Shown here piece after piece: positions 57,001 through 64,000 of a DNA stretch of 64,000 bases. The position numbers were made by a program, and so were the translations under genes. This stretch comes from Octopus sinensis (lineage: Eukaryota): NCBI RefSeq assembly GCF_006345805.1, contig NC_043014.1:12338001-12402000 (forward strand), given 5' to 3'. The notes below the pieces were generated by a model that worked only from the letters and a program-made list of their open reading frames with translations, was not told the DNA's origin and made no database searches. Numbering within the stretch: position 1 is the first letter of the stretch; each line of letters opens with the position of its first letter.

Positions 57001-58120
57001 AGAGGGTTGCAGGGGATGAACATGTATGCAAGGACAACCACGTTTTTTTCTTAATTTAATGTGTCTTTTCAAGCACAGCAAACCACCAAGAGTTTTGGTC
57101 CTGTCATCCTCTCTTTGAAACCTGTAGATCCTTAAGAGATGAAATGTGGGCTTATCCTTATGATTCAGATATCAAAAGTTCAGTACATGGAATGGACTTG
57201 CAACTTTTCTTCAAAACTTCAGAAGTTTGACCTTTTTGATACCAACCTACCCGAGATTGCTCCAGCTTCTATAACAAAAACTTTCTGTTCTAAATTATAA
57301 TCTTCCATCAATTAAATTAGTTTGTTAAATTATTCCAGACCCCAGCTTAATTATTAGAAAGTTATTTTACAAAATTCTTCATTATTTAAAAAATTAATTC
57401 AAACAAAGATAGCATTTGTTAACAGAAATTTGGAATAAGGCGGCGAGCTGGCAGAAACGTTAGAATGCCGGGCAAAATGCTTAGCGGTATTTCGTCTGCC
57501 GCTACGTTCTGAGTTCAAATTCTGCAGAGGTCAACTTTGCCTTTCATCTTTTCGAGGTCAATTAAATAAGTACCAGTTACGCACTGGGGTCGATATAATC
57601 GACTTAATCCGTTTGTCTTTCCTTGTTTGTCCTCTCTGTGTTTAGCCCCTTGTGGGTAGTAAAGAAATAGGTATTTCGTCTGTCGCTACATTTTGAGTTC
57701 AAATTCCACCGAGGTCAACTTAGCCTTTCATCCTTTCGGGGTCGATTAAATAAGTACCAGTAACGCACTGAGATCTATATAATCGACTTCATCTATTTGT
57801 CCGTCCTTTTTTATCCCTTCTGTGTGTAGCCCCCTGTGGGCTGTAAAGAAATAAGAAATATGGTAACAAAAGGGTAAAGAGCCTATGATCAGCACAAAGT
57901 CTGTTGGGACAACAAAGGAACCATTCTCCAAGATTTTTTCTAAGATATCTCTCAAGTGAGACTCAATTCCAACAACTAAGACAGTACCGATGATATCTAC
58001 GAGATTTACAGACTGCCTAAATAGCAGTAATGGTCATCCTGTAAGGAATGAAAAAGAAATAGAAGCTTACCGTTCATTAAGTGGCCGTAGTCGAATAACG
58101 ACTTGAATCTTGTCTGACAT
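1620..58120 (-). CDS. CENPE: CENP-E-like kinesin-7 (centromere-associated protein E), multi-exon, 3' end beyond window start. Coding exons: 58071-58120, 55867-55961, 54260-54349, 52104-52222, 48916-49026, 47397-47481, 45924-45991, 44615-44689, 40666-40796, 37432-37564, 35377-35502, 33291-33440, 30996-31065, 29332-29492, 25478-25563, 24180-24279, 9202-15132, 5362-5458, 3826-3953, 1620-1697
   Basis: Manual splicing: all exons are AG/GT-bounded with matching phases. The product is an N-terminal kinesin motor ([73 protein letters not shown]). It is followed by the CENP-E-type neck ([29 protein letters not shown]), RRKTWC at residue ~419 (human RRVTWC, T422) and >1900 aa of coiled coil. Confidence 0.9.
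2346..2929 (+). mobile_element. Solo LTR of the same family as 18112-18648
   Basis: TGTAAG..CCACTACA termini, 4-bp TSD CACT, alignable to the Gypsy LTR. Confidence 0.88.
3826..3953 (-). CDS. CENPE: CENP-E exon (N)[42 protein letters not shown]
   Basis: ttaacag/gtaagt boundaries; coiled-coil KxQEC motif like the repeat unit; phase 1 to 0. Confidence 0.82.
5362..5458 (-). CDS. CENPE: CENP-E exon [32 protein letters not shown](N)
   Basis: ctttttag/gtaagg boundaries; phase 0 to 1. Confidence 0.72.
5650..6117. mobile_element. MITE with ~50-bp TIRs and 8-bp TSD TGTGATTT, Merlin-like termini (GGCGA)
   Basis: ggcgaagtttcggttgtcgtagcacatgtttccgtcgatttccgtaaaaaa at one end and its near reverse complement at the other; TSD at 5642-5649 and 6118-6125. 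Confidence 0.8.
7424..8506 (-). mobile_element. 5'-truncated RTE-clade LINE: ORF2 C-terminus (8034-~8506), VNTR-containing 3' UTR and (GAT)n tail
   Basis: [37 protein letters not shown] is RTE-type; runs contiguously into the abundant GGCACGTAAAAAGCACC repeat. Confidence 0.88.
9202..15132 (-). CDS. CENPE: Giant (5931-nt) CENP-E coiled-coil exon with internal frameshifts
   Basis: Acceptor ttcttacag|GTG GAA, donor GAT CAG|gtattt. ORFs 12724-15144, 11897-12679, 11292-11903 and 9175-11061 are successive frames of one E/K/L-rich heptad sequence. Confidence 0.85.
9640..12880 (-). repeat. Coding tandem repeat, ~31 units of 105 bp (35 aa, [35 protein letters not shown] and variants); three units are 93 bp
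   Basis: Direct periodicity in DNA and protein; about 31 KS[QE]EC cores counted. Confidence 0.95.
15156..15612 (+). mobile_element. Solo LTR, second family
   Basis: TGTAGTG..CCTGTTACA termini; homologous to 38761-39221 (reverse) and 1-126. Confidence 0.7.
16073..16459 (-). mobile_element. Possible degenerate LINE apurinic endonuclease relic
   Basis: [18 protein letters not shown] weakly resembles the APE N-terminus (NxRGL..L.LTET). Confidence 0.35.
18738..19660 (+). pseudogene. gag: Gypsy gag (KIPPFW..DPALWF..IEAQF) with CHCC motif [18 protein letters not shown] at 19556-19609 in a shifted frame
   Basis: ORF 18738-19739 plus manual translation of the alternative frame. Confidence 0.85.
19690..22783 (+). 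pseudogene. pol: Gypsy pol (protease D-T-G broken by a 1-bp deletion, RT YIDD, RNase H LLVDASD, integrase HHCC and D-D-E), several frameshifts and a stop
   Basis: ORFs 19555-19860, 19863-20627 and 20639-22783; motifs [49 protein letters not shown]. Confidence 0.93.
24180..24279 (-). CDS. CENPE: CENP-E exon (S)[33 protein letters not shown]
   Basis: ttacag/gtatgt boundaries; phase 2 to 0, joins the giant exon in frame. Confidence 0.75.
25478..25563 (-). CDS. CENPE: CENP-E exon [28 protein letters not shown](S)
   Basis: ttccag/gtaaga boundaries; phase 0 to 2. Confidence 0.75.
26233..27192. mobile_element. TA-flanked TIR element (Tc1/mariner-type non-autonomous) containing the nested piggyBac MITE
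   Basis: TA|CTGTAAAAACCCATGTAATTT..AAATTACATGGGCTCTTACAG|TA. Confidence 0.6.
26767..26986 (+). mobile_element. piggyBac-type MITE, ~220 bp. Copies at 16793-17012, 28927-29143, 47081-47301, 5541-6226 (interrupted)
   Basis: TTAA|CCCTTTAG..CTAAAGGG|TTAA. Confidence 0.82.
27967..28166 (-). repeat. Intronic 200-bp copy of giant-exon segment 12536-12734
   Basis: By-eye alignment shows 2 substitutions and a 1-bp indel. Confidence 0.92.
29332..29492 (-). CDS. CENPE: CENP-E exon (D)[53 protein letters not shown]
   Basis: ttcacag/gtaggt boundaries; open frame, phase 1 to 0. Confidence 0.75.
29645..30025 (+). mobile_element. tRNA-derived SINE, young copy (near-identical copy at 49409-49790; relative at 48465-48760)
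   Basis: A box TGGCCCAGTGG, B box GTTTCGATTCCC; the two copies differ at few positions. Confidence 0.85.
30996..31065 (-). CDS. CENPE: CENP-E exon [23 protein letters not shown](D)
   Basis: RRxTWC motif at the expected position; ctttcag/gtttta boundaries. Confidence 0.88.
31556..31890 (+). repeat. 63-bp minisatellite, ~5.3 units, inside an RTE 3' UTR
   Basis: ggcacctgtgtcggtggcacataaaaaac.. recurs at 31618, 31681, 31744 and onward. Confidence 0.9.
32210..32420 (+). mobile_element. Degenerate RTE ORF2 C-terminal fragment (similar relic at ~58620-58780)
   Basis: Translates to [20 protein letters not shown], homologous to 8034-8200. Confidence 0.65.
33291..33440 (-). CDS. CENPE: CENP-E exon [50 protein letters not shown]
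   Basis: cccatag/gtatat boundaries, phase 0 to 0; [11 protein letters not shown] resembles human IENLTRMLVTS. Confidence 0.8.
33515..33915 (+). mobile_element. tRNA-derived SINE with central (TA)n/(TG)n microsatellite. Other copies at ~17125-17480, 25790-26110(-), 30460-30852(-), 51552-51990(-), 52600-52985, 53740-54210, 62335-62690(-)
   Basis: Head TGGCTGTGTGG..GGTTCAGTCCC; shared tail GTCGATTTGCTCGACTAAAGGCGGTGCTCCAGCATGGCCGCAGTC. Confidence 0.82.
35377..35502 (-). CDS. CENPE: CENP-E alpha6/neck-linker/neck-coil exon [42 protein letters not shown]
   Basis: Aligns by eye to human [40 protein letters not shown]. Confidence 0.93.
36711..37076 (-). mobile_element. Non-autonomous Helitron (copies at 40192-40479(-), 51141-51528(+); a related family at ~39402-40138(-))
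   Basis: 5' TC, 3' hairpin CCCGAGCAACGCCGGG followed by CTAG/CTAA, inserted between A and T, no TSD. Confidence 0.75.
37432..37564 (-). CDS. CENPE: CENP-E exon [44 protein letters not shown]
   Basis: Microtubule-binding [11 protein letters not shown] motif; ttccag/gtaagt boundaries. Confidence 0.95.
38761..39221 (-). mobile_element. Solo LTR, second family
   Basis: Reverse complement aligns to 15156-15612; near-TSD gacc/gact. Confidence 0.68.
40666..40796 (-). CDS. CENPE: CENP-E switch II exon [43 protein letters not shown](S)
   Basis: DLAGSE and INKSL motifs; LGQVIxKLSDG is CENP-E-like. Confidence 0.95.
41595..42005. mobile_element. TIR-bounded MITE (GGATCTTTTCG..CGAAAAGATCC); second copy at ~63132-63533 interrupts the hAT fragment
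   Basis: Terminal inverted repeats and a shared interior between the two loci. Confidence 0.7.
44615..44689 (-). CDS. CENPE: CENP-E exon [25 protein letters not shown]
   Basis: IIES start typical of CENP-E after switch I; ttgtag/gtaagt; phase 0 to 0. Confidence 0.85.
45924..45991 (-). CDS. CENPE: CENP-E switch I exon (S)[22 protein letters not shown]
   Basis: NxxSSRSH motif; ttccag/gtaagt boundaries. Confidence 0.93.
47397..47481 (-). CDS. CENPE: CENP-E exon [28 protein letters not shown](S)
   Basis: VxGLxE motif; cccag/gtaagt boundaries. Confidence 0.88.
47561..47900 (+). repeat. Purine-only (GAA/GAG)n low-complexity tract, ~340 bp
   Basis: Direct reading. Confidence 0.95.
48916..49026 (-). 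CDS. CENPE: CENP-E exon [37 protein letters not shown]
   Basis: Conserved SYMEIYNE motif; phase 0 to 0. Confidence 0.95.
49409..49790 (+). mobile_element. tRNA-derived SINE, paralogue of 29645-30025
   Basis: Direct sequence match. Confidence 0.85.
50164..50384 (+). mobile_element. Second piggyBac-type MITE family, ~220 bp (copies at 4254-4473, ~35002-35220)
   Basis: TTAA|CCCTTT..AAAGGG|TTAA with a different interior. Confidence 0.75.
52104..52222 (-). CDS. CENPE: CENP-E P-loop exon (G)[39 protein letters not shown]
   Basis: Canonical kinesin P-loop; ttttag/gtaagt boundaries. Confidence 0.95.
54260..54349 (-). CDS. CENPE: CENP-E exon (D)[29 protein letters not shown](G)
   Basis: Kinesin FDRVF..GxNG segment; ttgtag/gtaggc boundaries. 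Confidence 0.92.
54985..55300 (-). mobile_element. Penelope-like element GIY-YIG endonuclease fragment
   Basis: [36 protein letters not shown]. Confidence 0.8.
55867..55961 (-). CDS. CENPE: CENP-E exon (R)[31 protein letters not shown](D)
   Basis: ttgtag acceptor, gtaagt donor, phase 2 to phase 1, fits both neighbours. Confidence 0.85.
56361..56700 (+). mobile_element. Mariner transposase N-terminal HTH relic
   Basis: [31 protein letters not shown] resembles mariner IHxRL..VYG..RWxxxFxxG..DxPRSGRP. Confidence 0.7.
57438..57850 (+). mobile_element. MetaSINE-like element with a tandem headless second copy. Other copies at ~24985-25210, 38140-38340, 45267-45410, 45422-45648(-), 54915-54985
   Basis: tRNA-like head (GAGTTCAAATTC B box); central GTCGACTTTGCCTTTCATCCTTTCGGGGTCGATAAATAAGTACCAG resembles the Meta domain (from memory). 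Confidence 0.7.
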
Positions 58121-58130
58121 TTTATTCAAT
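58071..58130 (-). CDS. CENPE: CENP-E first coding exon, [16 protein letters not shown](R); ATG at 58120, 10-nt UTR
   Basis: Acceptor tcttttgcag, donor CG|gtaagc, kinesin beta-1 motif VxxRxRP. Confidence 0.9.
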
Positions 58131-60326
58131 CTGCAAAAGATAAAACAATATCATCATCATCATCATATTTGTTTAATGTTTACCTTCCATGCTGGCATGG
58201 GTGGAACAAATCAAATGGAAAGCAAAATGTTTTATACAATAATCCCTCGACTATTGCGGGTGTTACATTCCAAAACCTCCCACAGAAATAATTAAAATCT
58301 AAAAAAGTATAAATACCTATCAGCCACAAAAACCCAGATTTACTGAGGAGTCCATGATATAAATTTACATATATTCGCCAGAAAAATCTGCAATGTACTG
58401 AGTGCACAATAGGTGAACCACGATATGGTGAGGGATTACTGTATATCAACCCTTTAGCATCTATACCAACCACATCAAACCCAAATATCCTATCTGTTTT
58501 ATGTTCAAACTGGTCAGATCTAGCTTCTCATACCTGTCCTACAATGTCATTCTAAAAATATACAATGACATCATCAAAATGTCGAAGCTACAAGATAATG
58601 CATGGTTAATTCTAGGACAGTTGCGTGAGGAAGTGCAGATCTCTAACTGTGGAGGGAACCTAGGGAAAGACATGATCTTTGGATGCTGAGTCTCACAGAG
58701 TGATGACAAATGATTGAGATCTTTGGCAAATTGCTGTACTCAGAAGACTTGTCAAGCCAAGTGAAATCGTAGTCATGGACTGTGCCGGGGACACATAAAA
58801 GGCACTTATGCCAGTGACATGTAAAAGACACTGACTACACAATTGGAATGGTTGATATTAGGAAGGGCATCCAGCTGTAGAAACCAAGCCAAAATCAGAC
58901 TGGAGCCTAGTACAGCTCTCCAGCTTAGCTGTTTCGGTTAAACCATCTAACCCATGCCAGCATAGAAAACAGACACAAAATGATGATGATGTTAATAGAT
59001 AAGATAATCTGAATGCTAAAGAGTTAAAGGCCAAAAGAGATTATCATTACAAGCATTGGCACTAGGTCAACATTTGTGTGTGAGCAGAATTTTTTAAGTT
59101 ACTTCACTAGCACTTAGTTTATTGGCCTTTGGAAGGATCCAGCCATTTTCTCTGCCTTCTATTCCCGGGAGGGTTGTTGGGGTATAATCCTAAGGCATCT
59201 TTTTCATAGGGTCCTATCAAAAGCAATTGTCATTACACTTTCCAGCTGGATTACCAAGTGTGACCAACTGAAAGTATAGATATCATCTAACTATTTCATT
59301 CTTAGGTTACCCCTCGGTCTCCTGCCGGTTGGCTCAGCTTGAATAATCAATCTTGCAATTCTCTCTTGTGCCATTCTAATCACATGTCCATGGTACAAAT
59401 GCTGTGACCTTCCTGATCACCGAGGTTATACACCCTGTCAAGTAACATAACTCCATAGATCCATTTGAGGAGCCCCGTTTGTGATCATATTGTGCCAATG
59501 GCACGTAAAAAGCACCATCCGAACGTGGCCGATGCCAGTGGCGCCTTGACTGGCTTCCGTGCCGATGGCACGTAAAAAGCACCAACCCGATCGTGGCCGT
59601 TGCCAGCCTCGCCTGGCACCTGTGCCGGTGGCACGTAAAAAGCACCCACTACACTCTCGGAGTGGTTGGAGTTAGGAAAGGCATCCAGCTGTAGAAACAC
59701 TGCCAGATCAGACTGGAGCCTGGTGCAGCCTTCTGGCTTCCCAGATCCCCGGTCATACTGTCCGACCCATGCTAGCATGGAGAACAGACGTTAAACGATG
59801 ATGATGATTGTTTAACACAAGATATTTTTATGAGTTATTACATGTCATTTATGTAAATAAGATATAATGCATTAAACAATAACACACTATTCAAATAATA
59901 TCATAACAGTTTAACATTCTAAGACAACAAGTGTAATTAAGTGAAGAATTGCTAAAATGTGGATCGTGGGAATTTAAGGAGTTGAAACTAAAGCTTCTTG
60001 TAAATATTGTAGATGTGAACTAAAGGCAAAATTCCAAGACTTAAAACTCCCAACAAACTCTAAGAGAACATACTAATGCAACATCTTTGAAGAACATCTC
60101 GCACATTACTATCTTATAATGTGTCATGTCAACATGAAGGATCGGTTAAAGAAATGTGGGCCATCTTTCGTTTTCACCCGCAGAACATAGTCATGCGAGT
60201 CATTCAGTTGACTTATACAAGAATAATAATGGTGTTAGCAAAACTGTATCTAATCTGAAAATGCACCATACAAAATATAATTCCATAATTCCTGACTGCA
60301 ACTATTTATGTTAGAAAAAAAAAAGC

Positions 60327-60490
60327 TCGGATTTTTTGCGTGGAATCAAGTACCCTGACCTCCTTAATATGTTGCAAATCCCATATTTTGGTTCGGAGGG
60401 GGGGGGGTTAGCCCCACCCTTCCGAACCCAAATATGGGATTTACAGCATATTACGAGGTCAGGGTACTTGATTCCACGCAAAAAATCCGA
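60327..60490. repeat. Long imperfect inverted repeat (~75-bp arms, short loop)
   Basis: tcggattttttgcgtggaatcaagtaccctgacc at the left and ggtcagggtacttgattccacgcaaaaaatccga at the right. Confidence 0.9.
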
Positions 60491-60970
60491 TTTTTTTTTT
60501 TCTTAGTGAAAATCGTGCGGGTGTTAATCTGTAATTTTACCGAAAAAAATGTTTTATTTTGACACATTCTACCAGTTTACGAAGTTTAAGTGTTTAGTTA
60601 ACTAGAAATTGTGTTGAAAACTGCTGTTCAAAAGGAAAAGATCCCATTAACAGTATACAAACCAACCAGAAAATATTCGCTATACTATATAATAATAATA
60701 ATAATAATAATAATAGAAAAACTTGGTAAACGGCTATAACAGTAATGACTTATGCAATTTGAAACACAAACGTGCGTGTCAAAATATTAGTGTTATTTTC
60801 CTACGTTATATCCGTACTTTGGTCTACTAGTTAGAAAATACTTATGTATATATAAAATAACTAAATCAAAAGCACTTTACAATTCTGCTGATTATATAGA
60901 GATTAAGGATATTCTGTTCACTTTTAATAAGGGCATATTGTCCAACATCATATATATACATGCATACATT

Positions 60971-61074
60971 AAAATTGGTGATCTTCGAACTTATATATAT
61001 ATATATATTATATATATATATATATATATGTGTGTGTATATATTATATATATAAGTTCGAAGATCACCAATTTT
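60971..61074. repeat. Perfect ~29-bp inverted repeat flanking an (AT)n/(GT)n spacer
   Basis: aaaattggtgatcttcgaacttatatata at the left and tatatataagttcgaagatcaccaatttt at the right. Confidence 0.92.
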
Positions 61075-61260
61075 ATTTTTTTTAGATAAATTACAAAAAA
61101 TATTTAGATTTTGATGCTATTCAAAAGAAATCGGACATTTCCTGAGAAGTGGGAGAGCTGACTTGAAAGTGATGTCGGGTGAAACTATGACAAATAACAA
61201 GTATAAACAAGCACCTTAATTACTGTTAATATTAGAAGTCCAAACATTTATTGTACTTAC

Positions 61261-61355
61261 GTTTATTTGAGATTGTGTTTACATACACGATGTAACCAAG
61301 ATATAATAATATCGAACAGAAATCGTTCGGCTTCTGATAAAACGCAAACAGTGAA
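61261..61355 (-). other. CENPE: Putative non-coding first exon of CENP-E (TSS approximate)
   Basis: The ATG exon has its own splice acceptor, so an upstream exon is required. A strong gtaagt donor lies at 61255-61260, just downstream of the CHR/CCAAT cluster. Confidence 0.55.
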
Positions 61356-61362
61356 TACAAAA

Positions 61363-61457
61363 TTCAAACTTTAACGAAAACGAATGAGGAACATAATTTA
61401 AGCTTGCCACGCTTGTATTTCATTGGTTGATTAAAATAAACTACTGATGTTGATTGG
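61363..61457 (-). promoter_or_regulatory. G2/M-type promoter module: CHR (TTTGAA, 61363-61368) and two CCAAT boxes (61422-61426, 61453-61457; 31-bp spacing)
   Basis: Motifs read directly; the arrangement matches the NF-Y/CHR architecture of late cell-cycle promoters. Confidence 0.6.
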
Positions 61458-61734
61458 TCAATAAATTTGCAACCGGTGTAGACGGAATAAAAGTAACTGT
61501 GGATAAATCTGATGTGTTGATAAATTTTTCTAACAGAAATTTTACAGTCATTTACTTTTCCTTGACATTATAAAATAAGAAATTATTTTGAAACAAATAT
61601 AACCAAGTCTTTGTATATTGCAATTAGATCTAATTTAATATATAATTGATTCTTCCGTTTCATAGTTGAAAACATAAAAAGAGAAGTCAGTTCCCGCTGG
61701 AACTCCGAACGTTATTGTGCTTTTAATAAATGCC

Positions 61735-62037
61735 GCATGCAATATTTACTTATCTTCATTTGCTTCTTGTGTTTAAAACCTCTTTGTGACATTTCTATCT
61801 CCCAATCTCTCTATCTAGGTATAATTAATTATTTTATTCTGTCTAGGTATAATGAGATAAATACGAAACAGCATGCAATATTTACCTATCTTCATTTGCT
61901 TCTTGTGTTTAAAACCTTTTTGTGACATTTCTATCTCCCAATCTATCTATCTAGGTATAATTAATTCTTTTATTCTATCTAGGTATATTTCACTCTTTTA
62001 TTCTATCTAGGTATAATGAGATAAATACGAAACAGCA
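61735..62037 (+). repeat. 136-bp tandem duplication upstream of the CENATAC ATG exon
   Basis: gcatgcaatattt at 61735 and 61871; internal attct(a/g)tctaggtat subrepeats. Confidence 0.88.
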
Positions 62038-62121
62038 GTGCTGAAGAAGTAAAGCAATTCAACCTTTAGTAAACACGGTGTTGCATTGTTTACCTTTTCA
62101 TTTAGAATTACAGAATTAATC

Positions 62122-62253
62122 ATGTCTTCTGACCCACAGCAATTCCAGTTTTGCTCTATATGTCATGCAAGTCATACTGGAGGTAAAAAACACGTCTATT
62201 CCAAGAAACATAAATTGTTTCTAGATAAGGCATTGCAGCGGTTTGATGAGAAA
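62122..62253 (+). CDS. CENATAC: CENATAC/CCDC84-like first coding exon MSSDPQQFQFCSICHASHTGGKKHVYSKKHKLFLDKALQRFDEK (N-terminal C2H2-type zinc finger)
   Basis: CxxC..G..HVYSxKH matches, from memory, human CCDC84 [21 protein letters not shown]. Donor AAA|gtaagt; acceptor-like ttttcatttag just upstream. The rest of the gene lies outside the window. Confidence 0.8.
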
Positions 62254-62749
62254 GTAAGTAACTCAGTTCGCATTCATTACTGATATTGTTGGTTAGCCAC
62301 AGGCAGGACTCTAAATGGTTAAACATAGTCTTTTACGTGTTTCAGTCATTTGATTGCGGCCATGCTGGAGCACCGCCTTTAGTCGAGCAAATCGACCCCA
62401 GGACTTATTCTTTATAAGCCTAGTACTTATTCTATTGGTCACTGTTGCCGAACCGCTAAGTGACGGGGACGTAAACACACCAGCATCGGTTGTCAAGCGA
62501 TGTTGGAGAGACAAACACACGTACATATACATATATACGACGGGCTTCTTTCAGTTTCCGTCTAATCCCCTCACAAGGCTTTGGTCAGACCGACGCTATA
62601 GTAGAAGACACTTGCCCAAGGTGCCACGCAGTTTGACCGAACCCGGAACCATGTGGTTGGTAAGCAAGCTACTTACCACAGAGCCACTCAACTTGGGCCA
62701 TCATCTCGTCTTTTCGCGATCTTTTGATTTAAGAACTTTGCAGTTATAA

Positions 62750-64000
<1,251 letters not shown>

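Noticed and set aside
57220-57300. Candidate second coding exon near 57280
   Set aside because: It belongs to a MITE remnant; the true next exon is 55867-55961.
1620-58120. U12-type (minor) introns in CENP-E that would make it a direct CENATAC target
   Set aside because: All donors I found are U2-type GT; none match GTATCCTT or ATATCCTT.
514-59778. Dozens of short ORFs with [22 protein letters not shown] motifs
   Set aside because: They are translations of the non-coding RTE 3'-UTR minisatellite in various frames.

Overview
AT-rich, repeat-dense metazoan genomic DNA. The repeat landscape suggests a coleoid cephalopod such as Octopus (inference); there are no prokaryotic features and no CRISPR array. 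Most of the window is one minus-strand gene, a CENP-E/kinesin-7 orthologue. I reconstructed it by hand as a putative non-coding first exon plus 20 phase-consistent GT-AG coding exons, from ATG 58120 down to 1620, and it continues past the left edge (about 2630 aa inside the window). The motor domain is complete: P-loop GQTSSGKT, switch I SSRSH, switch II DLAGSE. The stalk is mostly encoded by one ~5.9-kb exon (9202-15132). That exon carries ~31 tandem 105-bp units (35 aa, 5 heptads) with a periodic Cys and several frameshifts that look like assembly errors. A 200-bp near-identical copy of part of this exon lies in an upstream intron and retains the base that repairs one frameshift. Head-to-head on the plus strand is the first coding exon of a CENATAC/CCDC84-like gene (62122-62253). 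The shared intergenic region has two CCAAT boxes 31 bp apart and a CHR element. The introns contain a decayed CsRn1-clade Gypsy element with TSD, solo LTRs of two families, many 5'-truncated RTE LINE copies with VNTR-containing 3' UTRs, three tRNA-derived SINE families, piggyBac-, Merlin- and Tc1-type MITEs and non-autonomous Helitrons. They also hold mariner and Penelope fragments, long palindromes and microsatellites; a hAT/Buster fragment lies downstream of the CENATAC exon.
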